A stretch of 63,977 bases of DNA, the filler included, from an uncultured bacterium (GTDB taxonomy: Bacteria > CAZSTA01): NCBI GenBank assembly GCA_964609495.1. It is 6 parts of 6 records of this genome, joined end to end, with 100 filler letters (N's around TTAATTAATTAA, not from the genome) between each part and the next. Parts side by side here need not be neighbours in the genome. Positions count along the whole stretch, not along the records: positions 32,544 to 43,164 come from CAZSTA010000126.1; positions 43,265 to 53,822 come from CAZSTA010000127.1; 4 more parts are not named here. One strand, given 5' to 3'. The translations under genes and the position numbers were made by a program. A model generated the notes under the pieces. It made no database searches, was not told the DNA's origin, and saw only the letters and a list, made by a program, of their open reading frames with translations. Positions within the stretch are counted from its first letter, which is position 1. Every line of letters begins with the position of its first letter. Shown piece by piece: positions 39,681 through 49,274 of this stretch.

Positions 39681-40175
39681 TTAACGATCCCAAAACCAGA
39701 ACACTATTCTCTCCAAAAGCCTCATTATCTTTGTAGTTACGAATTCTCGCTTACTGCTAGGAGAAACTAAGACAGTGTATAAGCCCAATCTCTTCCCTCC
39801 TAGAACATCGGTGAAAAGTTGATCTCCTATAACCACCGTTTCAGCTTTAGAAGTGCCAATAAGTTCCCTTGCTTTCCGAAAGGCCCGTCTCCTCGGTTTG
39901 GTAGCTAGAGGGATAGCTGGTATATCTAAATCCTTCGCCACAATATCCACTCTTCGCCTACTGCCATTGGAGACGATACAGATCGCAAAATCTAACTCGC
40001 GCGCCTTTTTCATCCATTCCTTGATCTCAGAGGTAAGCTCAGTCTCCCCCCAATTCACCAGAGTGTTATCTAGATCTATGATTAATCCCCTCTTTCCCTC
40101 CTTCCTAAGCTGAAGTAAATCCAAGTCGGTAAGGGAAGCTAAATATAGATCTGGCAGTAAGCTCTCGAACATCAT
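39681..40175 (-). CDS. yqeG: YqeG-family HAD IIIA phosphatase
   Basis: DLDNTL, IVSN, KP, IGDQLFTDVLGG.RLG. Confidence 0.9.
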   Translation of the reverse strand: MMFESLLPDLYLASLTDLDLLQLRKEGKRGLIIDLDNTLVNWGETELTSEIKEWMKKARELDFAICIVSNGSRRRVDIVAKDLDIPAIPLATKPRRRAFRKARELIGTSKAETVVIGDQLFTDVLGGKRLGLYTVLVSPSSKREFVTTKIMRLLERIVFWFWDR

Positions 40176-40198
40176 ATCTCCCCAAAAAATCTTAAAGA

Positions 40199-41029
40199 TT
40201 ATTTATTAGTTCGTTTCTCCTGATAAGGAACTGGAATATATTGCACAGAAGGTCTCACTCCGACTGGCTGAGGATAAAGGGACATCAACTTATATATCTC
40301 CTCAGGCAATCCAGTTCTCACTGATAAGCCCAATTCCTTAATTTGATGAAAGGTTAAGGGACAGTCATGAGTCCACCTTCCCTCTGTTAGAACGCGGGAA
40401 ATCTCGCTCGCTTTATCTTCGCCCACTCTATCGCTTAGCAGGGATTTTATAAGCGATCTTATTTGACTTATAGCTTTGCGGGCTATATCCGCCAGGATCA
40501 AAGTCTCATCGTCGATCTCATTCTTGTCCTTCTGCTCGATCGCTTGGAGAATAGAGGCGGCAGGATACTTCCCTATCTGGGGATCAAGAGGTCCTAATAC
40601 CGCGTTCTCATCCATTATGATCTCTTCGGCGGCTAAGGCGATCATCGTTCCCCCGGACATAGCATAATGAGGGATTAAGGCGGTAACCTTAGCTTTATGA
40701 CGAGCTAGAGCTAGGGCTATCTGCTCTGTAGCTAATACCAATCCTCCTGGAGTATGCAGAATTATATCTATAGGAGTATCATCATCAGTAGTTCTTATGG
40801 CTCTAAGTATCTGTTCGGAATCCTCGATATTGATAAATCTAGAGAAAGGAAATCCTAAGAAGGCTAAAGCTTCATGACGCTGGATCAAGGTGATAACTCT
40901 GGAACCTCGCCTATCTTGAAGAACTTTTATCGCCTTTATCCTAGCATTCCCTAACATCTTATGTTGAAGACGAGGAAGCAGAAATAGCAATAGGATGAAT
41001 ATCCAAAGCAATCCCCATAAAGTACTCAT
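40199..41029 (-). CDS. SDH-family ClpP-like serine protease (DUF114)
   Basis: LHTPGGLVLA, PHYAMSGGT, LGPLDPQ, G.WTHD. Confidence 0.88.
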   Translation of the reverse strand: MSTLWGLLWIFILLLFLLPRLQHKMLGNARIKAIKVLQDRRGSRVITLIQRHEALAFLGFPFSRFINIEDSEQILRAIRTTDDDTPIDIILHTPGGLVLATEQIALALARHKAKVTALIPHYAMSGGTMIALAAEEIIMDENAVLGPLDPQIGKYPAASILQAIEQKDKNEIDDETLILADIARKAISQIRSLIKSLLSDRVGEDKASEISRVLTEGRWTHDCPLTFHQIKELGLSVRTGLPEEIYKLMSLYPQPVGVRPSVQYIPVPYQEKRTNK

Positions 41030-41049
41030 AAAAGCCTATACTCCTTATT

Positions 41050-42324
41050 CTATCTTAATCTTTCGATCTTGACTTTCGATACTCGACGCTGATCAGCCTC
41101 GACGATCGAGAAGAGCCAGTTTTTGAATTTTATGCTTTCTCCTTTTTGCGGAATCCTCTCTACTAAATTGATTAGGAAACCACCTAAAGTCTCATAATCA
41201 CCGGAGGGAAGAGAGATAGCAAATTTCTCATTTAGATAGTCTATATCTATCCTACAATCTGCTAATATCGATCCATCTTTCAACACCTGAATCTCATCTA
41301 TCTCCCCGGTAGGCTCTTCACCAATTTCTCCAAAGATCTCCTCTAAGAGATCCTTGATGGTCACTAGTCCAGCCGCACCACCGTACTCATCAACAACTAT
41401 CGCCATATGGTTCTTCTTCTCCCTTAGTTCTTGAAGCAAGCGATCCACTTTTTTGCTCTCTGGAACGTAATAGGCTGGTCTAACATATCTTTTGATGTCG
41501 CTACTTTCTCCATCAGTATAGAGTATATCGAAGATATTCAGAATCCCAATTATATTATCTATACGTTGCTTATACACTGGGAATCTAGTAAAGTCCGTCT
41601 TAAAGGCTAGATCTAACACTTCCGAGGGAGGACTATCGGCTTTAACTGCCACTACGTCGACTAAAGGGATCATTACCTCCTTAACTGAGGTAGAACTGAA
41701 GTCGAAGACGGTATGGATCATCTTCCTCTCTTCCTCCCCTAGCACACTACCCTCCTCTCCAAAGAGCATCCTTAACTCCTCCCTAGTGACAAAGACTCCC
41801 TTCACCTCCTGTTTTTTCCCCACGAGCTTCACCATTAGACTGGCGATCCCGCTGAAGAAGGTAGAAAGGGGATATAAGGTGTAGAAGATGACCCGCAAAG
41901 GTCGAATCACAGTCAGAATTATGGAGTTAGCCTTTCTCAAATAGATCGTCTTGGGAACTATCTCCCCCAAGATGAGGATGATCGGAGTTATAATCAAGGT
42001 GGTGATCCATACCTCGGATAGGCCTTCATATCTTGCTCCTCCAGGCATCTCCTTTAATAGATAGAGGAGTCTATTTATCATAGAAGTAGCTATCGCCGAG
42101 GAAGCGATAGTTGTTATATTAGTTCCCACTAAAGTTGTGCCTAACAACCGCTCTGGAGCAAGCTGTAGATTCTGTATCAAGCGAGCTCTCCTATCTCCGG
42201 TCTCCGCTAGATGTCTGATTCGCAGCCGATCACAGGATATGAAGGCGGTCTCACTGCCAGAGAAGAACCCCTCCGCTAATATACAAAAGATTATAGCTAA
42301 AATATCAATTAGAAAAATATTCAT
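41050..42324 (-). CDS. HlyC/CorC (CNNM, DUF21-CBS-CorC) family protein
   Basis: FFSGSETA, GEIVPK, CBS pair, VDEYGG..G, C-terminal CorC domain. Confidence 0.9.
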   Translation of the reverse strand: MNIFLIDILAIIFCILAEGFFSGSETAFISCDRLRIRHLAETGDRRARLIQNLQLAPERLLGTTLVGTNITTIASSAIATSMINRLLYLLKEMPGGARYEGLSEVWITTLIITPIILILGEIVPKTIYLRKANSIILTVIRPLRVIFYTLYPLSTFFSGIASLMVKLVGKKQEVKGVFVTREELRMLFGEEGSVLGEEERKMIHTVFDFSSTSVKEVMIPLVDVVAVKADSPPSEVLDLAFKTDFTRFPVYKQRIDNIIGILNIFDILYTDGESSDIKRYVRPAYYVPESKKVDRLLQELREKKNHMAIVVDEYGGAAGLVTIKDLLEEIFGEIGEEPTGEIDEIQVLKDGSILADCRIDIDYLNEKFAISLPSGDYETLGGFLINLVERIPQKGESIKFKNWLFSIVEADQRRVSKVKIERLR

Positions 42325-43164
42325 ATTAACTCTCTCTCCATAGTTATCCTAACCTGAGAGATCCTGTTACCATCCATCTTCTCGACCCGAAGGATTATTC
42401 CAGTCAGTTTTATATCCTCCCCCTCCCGAGGAACTCTTCCCAAGAAATCGTAGATCAGACCTCCTATAGTATCGAAATCTCTATCCTCAACTCCGCTAAT
42501 AGTCTCATCAGCTAAATTTAAGTTGAAAAGTTCCTCGATCATATCCACATTTAATTTAGCATCAACCAGATAACTTCCTTCACTTAAAACTTTGAAAGAG
42601 AACTCCTCATCATACTCACCTTGGATCTCTCCCACTATCTCCTCCATTAGATCTTCTAAGGTTATAAGCCCCGCAGTTCCTCCATACTCATCGACCACGA
42701 TCACTATCTCGATCTTATTTCTTTGAAATTCGGCTAAGAGAGAATCAACCTTCTTCGAATCGGGAATATAATATATAGGTCGTATGATCCTAGTTATCTT
42801 TATATCAAGGTCCTTATCCTTCAAATGAGTGAATAGATCCTTGACGTAGAGAAAGCCTATCATATTATCCATGGAGTCCTTATAAACTGGAAGCCTTCTA
42901 TGTTTCGAGGATCTCAAAACTTCTAAAGCCTCTTTCAGGGTAGAGTCGGCTTTAAGACAGATCATATCGACTCGCGGGGTCATAACTTCTCTAGCTATTT
43001 TATCTCCGAATTGAAATATGTGTCGGATCATTCTCCTCTCATTATCTTTTATAACTCCCTCCCTCCCCCCCACCTCTACTATAGTTTCTAGCTCCGCCTG
43101 AGTCATAAGATTCCTCTCAGGTATATTTCCCCTTAGAACTTTGACTATATTCTCCGTAATTACG
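42321..43164 (-). CDS. Second HlyC/CorC family protein, 5'-partial
   Basis: VMTPRVD, R.PVY, VDEYGGTAG, EDLMEEIVGEI; frame runs to the contig edge. Confidence 0.88.
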
Positions 43165-43264
43165 NNNNNNNNNNNNNNNNNNNNNNNNNNNNNNNNNNNN
43201 NNNNNNNNTTAATTAATTAANNNNNNNNNNNNNNNNNNNNNNNNNNNNNNNNNNNNNNNNNNNN
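43165..43264. other. Artificial contig linker
   Basis: N-TTAATTAATTAA-N. Confidence 0.98.
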
Positions 43265-43347
43265 TCAATCTCAGTGTTCCCTCTCCCCTCGTGGGAGAGG
43301 GATAGGGTGAGGGGGAATTATGTCTTGAACCCACTAGCGAAAAACTA
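43265..43347 (+). repeat. ~83-bp REP-containing repeat, copy 1
   Basis: Near-identical to 45723-45806. Confidence 0.85.
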
Positions 43348-43398
43348 AGAATATGATACTCCGATTAAAAAACTCAAAGATCAAAATGGGATATGATC

Positions 43399-44493
43399 TC
43401 AAGGTATTAACACCGCTTTAACAGCCTCCTTCTTATCCACAGTCTCTAAAGCCTCGGTTGATTCCTCTAATCCGAAGCGATGCGTAACTAACTTGGCGAA
43501 CTTCCCCTTATCGCTTAGCACTAAATCGACCGCCATCTTCAGATGCTTAGTATCGCTCACCCAAACACCTTGATATCTCAAGTTCTTCCTTACTATATCG
43601 GCGAAGCAATCCAGCTCAACTCTTCCTGCTGGTGCTCCAAAACCTACGGAGAGATAGGTGGCTCCAGTTCGGACTAATTTGATCCCCTCCGCGACCGCCT
43701 GAGGAAGCCCCACCGCTTCGATAGCTAGATCGACTCCTCGACCGTTAGTTATATCCATAATCATCCCCCGTCTCTCATTTTGAGTGGTTGATTTGCGATT
43801 CAAGAGATGGGTAGCTCCTAACTCCCCACCAAGCTCTAATCTAGATTCCGTTCCCCCGATCAGTATAACATTTCTCGCTCCTAAGTTCCGAGCGAAGGCA
43901 ACTGCGAATAGTCCTAGAGGGCCGGGCCCTTGAATCAAAACGGTATCCCCCAATTCAGGTGAAGCTAGATCATAGCAATGAGCGGCGGTCGCCCCTGAAC
44001 AGGAAGCTGCGACCATAATCGCTGGATCGATATCCTCATCGATTCGAATGATATCGGTATTTTCCCGCAAGACCAGATATTCGCTATAACATCCATTGAG
44101 GAAGGGATATTCCTCGCAGGATCGAGTTATTCCGTACACCCAACGGTTGGGACAGAGCGAAGGAGTCCGCTTTATCGAGCAGAAGTAACAATGTCCACAG
44201 CTTACCCCTCTATTCCAGATGATAAGATCTCCCTCTCTCAACTTCTTCCCTTCAATATCCCTCTTCTCACTTTTTATCTGAGCTATGCAACCGATCCCTT
44301 CGTGTCCTATAATCAGAGGTAGAGGAGTCCGAGAATCTCTCCCGCTCCACATATAATGCACATCAGAGCCGCATACTCCCGCGGCCTCTATCTTCACCAA
44401 AATATCGCTATCTTCCAACCTGGGAATATCAAATTCTCTTATCACCAGAGGCTTCGAGAACTCCACCATAACTGCGGCTTTAGCTTTCATCAT
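43399..44493 (-). CDS. Zinc-binding (MDR) alcohol/sugar dehydrogenase
   Basis: CGSD.H, GHE, CGHCYFC...C structural Zn, GPGPLG. Confidence 0.9.
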   Translation of the reverse strand: MMKAKAAVMVEFSKPLVIREFDIPRLEDSDILVKIEAAGVCGSDVHYMWSGRDSRTPLPLIIGHEGIGCIAQIKSEKRDIEGKKLREGDLIIWNRGVSCGHCYFCSIKRTPSLCPNRWVYGITRSCEEYPFLNGCYSEYLVLRENTDIIRIDEDIDPAIMVAASCSGATAAHCYDLASPELGDTVLIQGPGPLGLFAVAFARNLGARNVILIGGTESRLELGGELGATHLLNRKSTTQNERRGMIMDITNGRGVDLAIEAVGLPQAVAEGIKLVRTGATYLSVGFGAPAGRVELDCFADIVRKNLRYQGVWVSDTKHLKMAVDLVLSDKGKFAKLVTHRFGLEESTEALETVDKKEAVKAVLIP

Positions 44494-45487
44494 TTAACAC
44501 CTCAGATATCGAGATGGGGATTCTACACTCATTAGATTTTATAGCCGCTCGAACTACCGCTAGAGCTAACAATGCCTCCTCACCACTTACCTCTGGCTTG
44601 GCAAAAGAGCGAATGGATTCCGCAAAATCAGTCAACTCCTCCGATCTGGTATCAATTTCCTCGGTGGGGATCCTTCTTCTCCTATCCGATCCCACTTCTT
44701 TAATATACAGCTTGTTTCCATCCTCGCAATAGAGATTAGCCCGAGTCCCGTATAGGTTAACATAGAACAGAGAAGGGGTAACATAATTCGATCCTAGATA
44801 TCCCAAGGGACCCGAGGCAAACCTGAGAAGCACCAGAGTCACATCATTATTCTCAGCAGGAGTTGCCAGATGAGCGAAGAAGGAGGTCACTTCCTCGATA
44901 TCGCCTAATAAATAGCGAAGCGTGTCTGCTTGATGAACTCCGAGTTGAAGAAGAGGACCAGATGGACACCATTTATCATAATATCTCCACTGATCAGGAG
45001 TCAATCTCAATCCTCCATTGTGGGAGAAATTCGCTTCGGCCATAATTACCTTTCCTAATACTCCTTGATCGAGCAACTCCTTCATCTTCCGATGCCCACC
45101 AAATCTCCTGGTATTATGTCCTATTGCCAATAAAACCTTGTTCTCCCTACAGGCTTCTATCATCTCCTTCGCCTCGGGAATTGTGTTAGAGATAGGTTTC
45201 TCTACAAAGATATGTTTTCCTTTAGAAGCTGTAAGCAATACTTGATCTCGATGAAAGTGATTAGGCGTTATAATAATAACTCCCTCGATCTCAGGATCAT
45301 TCACGATCTCCTGTAAGTCTCTGGCTGGATAACAGCGATGTTTCTCCGCAAATTCATTCTTTATATCCTCTAAAATATCATAACAAGATAGTAATTCCAA
45401 TTTATCACATTTAATTAGAGCTTGAGCTATAGCATCTCCATAGCCCCTTATTCCTACCAAAGCTACCTTTACTGAATCGAGATTCAC
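44480..45487 (-). CDS. Gfo/Idh/MocA-family oxidoreductase
   Basis: Rossmann N-terminus, TPN..H, GKHIFVEKP, GVHQAD. Confidence 0.9.
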   Translation of the reverse strand: MNLDSVKVALVGIRGYGDAIAQALIKCDKLELLSCYDILEDIKNEFAEKHRCYPARDLQEIVNDPEIEGVIIITPNHFHRDQVLLTASKGKHIFVEKPISNTIPEAKEMIEACRENKVLLAIGHNTRRFGGHRKMKELLDQGVLGKVIMAEANFSHNGGLRLTPDQWRYYDKWCPSGPLLQLGVHQADTLRYLLGDIEEVTSFFAHLATPAENNDVTLVLLRFASGPLGYLGSNYVTPSLFYVNLYGTRANLYCEDGNKLYIKEVGSDRRRRIPTEEIDTRSEELTDFAESIRSFAKPEVSGEEALLALAVVRAAIKSNECRIPISISEVLNDES

Positions 45488-45603
45488 TTTTCCTTCTCCT
45501 TAAAAAATATACTCCACATCCTTGTCAAGCCTCTCGCAAATTCGCAGGTATCAATCACTAGTCCCATTCCCTTGCAGATAATTTATATCTCGTTTTACTC
45601 TAA

Positions 45604-45632
45604 ATTATACTGAATAACTACCAATTTGTCAA
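45604..45632 (-). promoter_or_regulatory. Sigma-70 promoter of the oxidoreductase pair
   Basis: TTGACA-17-TATAAT on the minus strand. Confidence 0.75.
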
Positions 45633-45647
45633 CACATCCGAGTGTAG

Positions 45648-45842
45648 TGTAAGCATGTAAAACTCCGTGCTGGAAAATTAAACTTTCCTTAAATCACCCT
45701 CCCCCTACTAAAGGGCTTTAGTTCAATCTCAGTGTTCCCTCTCCCCTCATGGGAGAGGGATAGGGTGAGGGGGGATTTATATCTTGAACTCCCTAGCGAA
45801 AAGCTACTTAAAATCTGCTAGCACAAAATTTTAATGCTTACA
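45648..45842. repeat. MITE-like element with imperfect ~30-bp terminal inverted repeats, containing repeat copy 2 (45723-45806)
   Basis: TGTAAGCATGTAAAACTCCGTGCTGG versus reverse complement of the right end TGTAAGCATTAAAATTTTGTGCTAG. Confidence 0.55.
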
Positions 45843-45935
45843 AGATCAGATTTTATTTTGTATTTTTCCTACATTTATGGTAAAATAAAGAAGGAGATAT
45901 TTGCATACAAGATCAGATTAAGTGGAGGGAATTAG

Positions 45936-47258
45936 ATGTTCAAGAAAAGTGTTAAAAAGATCATAATTGGGATCTCTCTGGTGTTATTGATAGGCTGGGG
46001 GATGATGTTCTATGCCTGGGCTAGTGATAGCGAGGATATGTTACGTCCTCTTATTGACACCTTCAACCTTATCAAATCTCACTACGTCAAAGAAGTGAAT
46101 AGCTCAGAACTGGTATATGGAGCGATCAAGGGGATGTTGAAGACGCTGGATGACGAGTTCAGCTATTTCTTAGACCCTGAGTCGCTTAAAGACAGTAAGG
46201 AAAGTTTGGGACAGAGCTTTGAAGGAATAGGGATCTATATCGGTATAAGGAATGATAGGCTCACGGTCATATCTCCTATCGAGGGGACTCCTGCTTATAG
46301 AGCTGGCTTGAAGTCAGGAGATTGGATCGCTGAGATCAATGGAGAACCTACTGATGATATGAACCTCGATCAGGCGATATCCAAGATAAAAGGCCCTCGA
46401 GGGACCAAGGTGACACTGGGGATAAGGAGAGGCCTAAGTCTTGAAATAAAGGAGGTTGTAATAGTTAGAGATAAGATAGATGTTCCTAGCGTAGAGGAGA
46501 AGATGATCGCTGATAACATCGGCTATATCAAGATGAGGCTCTTCGGAAGCAAAACCTCTAGGGAATTAGAGCAGGCTATACAAGAATTAGAGGCTGAAGG
46601 AATGGAGGGGCTAATCCTCGATCTGAGGAATAATGGTGGTGGCTATTTAGAAGCCGCGATTCACGTAGGTAATATCTTCCTCTCCGATAAGCCTATCGTC
46701 TATATCCAGGAGCGAAACGGGGTATCCTCTCCGATCTATGCTACTAAGAAAGCTGACCCTGATGATTATTATCTGTTAGTGCTTGTTAATGAATATTCGG
46801 CTAGTGCCTCCGAGATCGTCGCGGGAGCTATTAAGGATAATAAGCGCGGGATATTGATGGGGACTACGACCTTTGGCAAGGGAGAGGTGCAGACGATACT
46901 TTCGCTATCCGATGGCTCAGCGGTAGCCTTGACTACAGCTATGTATCTGACCCCCGCGGGTAATAACATTCATAAAGAGGGGATAGAGCCAGATATAGTA
47001 TCCAAGTCTAGCGATTATTTCTTCGCGGCGCAAGGGATAGGAGAGCCTGGAAGCAAGGTGGAGATAATAGTTGATGGCGAATCTAAAGGGGTCGCAACTA
47101 TAGATGAGGAGGGAACATTCGTTCTTCAGGATGAGATTCCCTTTGAACCTCAGGAGGAGTTGGAGAAGAAGGATAGTCAACTCCAAGATGCTATTAAGTG
47201 GATGCAAGCTAAGATAGAAGAGGGAAGTCTAAAGGTCGCCAAGGAAGAGGATAAATAA
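45936..47258 (+). CDS. Carboxyl-terminal processing protease (S41A, PDZ)
   Basis: Signal/TM anchor, GIG PDZ, DLRNNGGG, SASASEI, TTFGKG.VQ, GIEPD. Confidence 0.93.
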   Translation: MFKKSVKKIIIGISLVLLIGWGMMFYAWASDSEDMLRPLIDTFNLIKSHYVKEVNSSELVYGAIKGMLKTLDDEFSYFLDPESLKDSKESLGQSFEGIGIYIGIRNDRLTVISPIEGTPAYRAGLKSGDWIAEINGEPTDDMNLDQAISKIKGPRGTKVTLGIRRGLSLEIKEVVIVRDKIDVPSVEEKMIADNIGYIKMRLFGSKTSRELEQAIQELEAEGMEGLILDLRNNGGGYLEAAIHVGNIFLSDKPIVYIQERNGVSSPIYATKKADPDDYYLLVLVNEYSASASEIVAGAIKDNKRGILMGTTTFGKGEVQTILSLSDGSAVALTTAMYLTPAGNNIHKEGIEPDIVSKSSDYFFAAQGIGEPGSKVEIIVDGESKGVATIDEEGTFVLQDEIPFEPQEELEKKDSQLQDAIKWMQAKIEEGSLKVAKEEDK

Positions 47259-47290
47259 GAGGGAACATAATCAAGCCCCTCTCTTGATAA

Positions 47291-47329
47291 TTCCCCTCCC
47301 TTGATGGGAGGGGGTTAGGGGAGGGTGAT
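47291..47329. repeat. REP-like palindrome
   Basis: TTCCCCTCCCTTGATGGGAGGGGGTTAGGGGAGGGTGAT, matches 29861-29898. Confidence 0.8.
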
Positions 47330-47573
47330 ATAAATAGAACTGCAACAAGAGATCGATCTAGGGAGGAAACTTTATAATTTCTGCCGAGGTCGATCTCTTT
47401 TTATTCCTCCGCTTTTACCAAAGGCGAGGGAATGAAGTGCATTCCTCCTTCATAATCCTGTCTTGTCGCTCTACCTGTTCAGCTGAAGATGTAAACATAC
47501 CAACAGTTGAGGTGAACTCCTTCATATATGACTACCCCCAATATCAACTAATCTTGATCTTGATAAATGGCAT

Positions 47574-49247
47574 TCAGATTGTAGCGAGCATAATCATCAT
47601 CAGGATTAATCTCGAGAGCAGTTTTAACTCAGAGATAGCTTCCTCTAGCTTCCCTTGATCTTTATAAGCAATCCCTAGACCGGTATGAGCAGAACCATAA
47701 TTAGGATCGATCTTGATAGCAGTTTTATACTTGGAGATAGCCTCCTCTAGTTTCCCTTGATTATAATAGGCATCCCCTAGATTGTTATGAGCTAAAACAT
47801 AATTGGGATTGATCTTAAGAGCAAGCTTATACTCCGAGATAGCTTCCTCCAGCTTCCCTTGAGCTCGGTAGGCATTCCCTAGATTGTTGTGAGCATCAGC
47901 ATAATCGGGCTTGATCTTGATGGCAATTTGAAACTCCAAGATAGCCTCCTCTAGCTTCCCTTGGGCTTTATAGGCATTTCCTATATTGTTGTGAGCGTGA
48001 ACATAATCAGGATCGATCTTGAGAGCAAGTTCATACTCGGAGATAGCTTCCTCTAGCGAACCTTGAGCTTTATAGGCATTCCCTAGATTGCGGTGAGCCA
48101 AAGCATAATCAGGATCGATCTTGAGAGCAAGTTCATACTCGGAGATAGCTTCCTCTAGCGAACCTTGAGCTTTATAGACATTCCCTAGATTGTTGTGAGC
48201 TTGAAAAAGATCAGGATCGATCTTGAGAGCGAGTTTATACTCGGAGATAGCTTCCTCTAGCTTCCCTTGAGCTCTATAGGCAATCCCTAGACTATTGTGA
48301 GCATAAGCATAATAAGGATCGATCTTGAGAGCGAGTTTATACTCAGAGATAGCTTCCTCTAGCGAACCCTGAGCTCTATAGGCAAGCCCTAGATCGTTGT
48401 GAGCTTGAGCAAGATCAGGATTGATTTTGATAACAGTTTGAAACTCGGAGATAGCCTCCTCTAGCTTACCTTGATCAGTGTAGGCAAGCCCTAGATTGCC
48501 ATGAGCATAAGCATCATCAGGATTGATCTTGATAGCAGTTTTATACTCGGAGATAGCTTCCTCTAGCTTTCCTTGCTCAGCATAAGCAAGCCCTAGATCG
48601 CCATGAGCTTCAGCAAGATCAGGATTGATTTTGAGAACAGCTTTATACTCCAAGATAGCTTCCTCTAGCTTTCCTTGCTCTTTGTAGGCATTCCCTAGAA
48701 AGGTATGAATATAAGCATCATCAGGCTTGATCTTGAGAGCATTTTTATACTCGGAGATGGCTTCCTCTAGCTTTCCTTGCTCAGCATAAGCAAGCCCTAA
48801 ATTGCTATGAGCATCATCATAATCAGGATTGAGCTTGATAGCAGTTTGCCACTCAGAGATAGCTTCCTCTAGCTTTCCTTGAACACCGTAGGCCTTCCCC
48901 AGACCGAAGTGAACTTCAGCAAGATCAGGATTGAGCTTGTCGGCAGTTTGGAGCTCGGAGATAGCTTCCTCTAGCTTTCCTTGAATAAAGTAGATAAGTC
49001 CTAGACCGGCGTGAACAACAGCATCATCAGGATCGATCTTGAGAGCAGTTTGAAACTCCAAGATAGCTTCCTCTAGCTTACCTTGATCTTCGTAAGCAAA
49101 CCCTAAATTGCGGTGAGCATCAGCATAATCAGGTTTGATCTTGATAGCGAGTTTATACTCAGAGATAGCTTCCTCTAGCTTACCTTGAGCTCTGTAGGCA
49201 AGCCCTAGATTGAAGTGAGCAAAAGCATCATCAGGCTTAATCATCAC
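47574..49247 (-). CDS. TPR protein with ~16 near-identical tandem repeats; terminal frameshift
   Basis: 34-aa/102-nt period AH.NLG.AY..QGKLEEAISEYK.A.KI.PD; 1-nt deletion near 47626. Confidence 0.88.
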   Translation of the reverse strand: MMIKPDDAFAHFNLGLAYRAQGKLEEAISEYKLAIKIKPDYADAHRNLGFAYEDQGKLEEAILEFQTALKIDPDDAVVHAGLGLIYFIQGKLEEAISELQTADKLNPDLAEVHFGLGKAYGVQGKLEEAISEWQTAIKLNPDYDDAHSNLGLAYAEQGKLEEAISEYKNALKIKPDDAYIHTFLGNAYKEQGKLEEAILEYKAVLKINPDLAEAHGDLGLAYAEQGKLEEAISEYKTAIKINPDDAYAHGNLGLAYTDQGKLEEAISEFQTVIKINPDLAQAHNDLGLAYRAQGSLEEAISEYKLALKIDPYYAYAHNSLGIAYRAQGKLEEAISEYKLALKIDPDLFQAHNNLGNVYKAQGSLEEAISEYELALKIDPDYALAHRNLGNAYKAQGSLEEAISEYELALKIDPDYVHAHNNIGNAYKAQGKLEEAILEFQIAIKIKPDYADAHNNLGNAYRAQGKLEEAISEYKLALKINPNYVLAHNNLGDAYYNQGKLEEAISKYKTAIKIDPNYGSAHTGLGIAYKDQGKLEEAISELKLLSRLILMMIMLATI

Positions 49248-49274
49248 TTCTCACCTTCTCTCTCGCTTTCAAGC

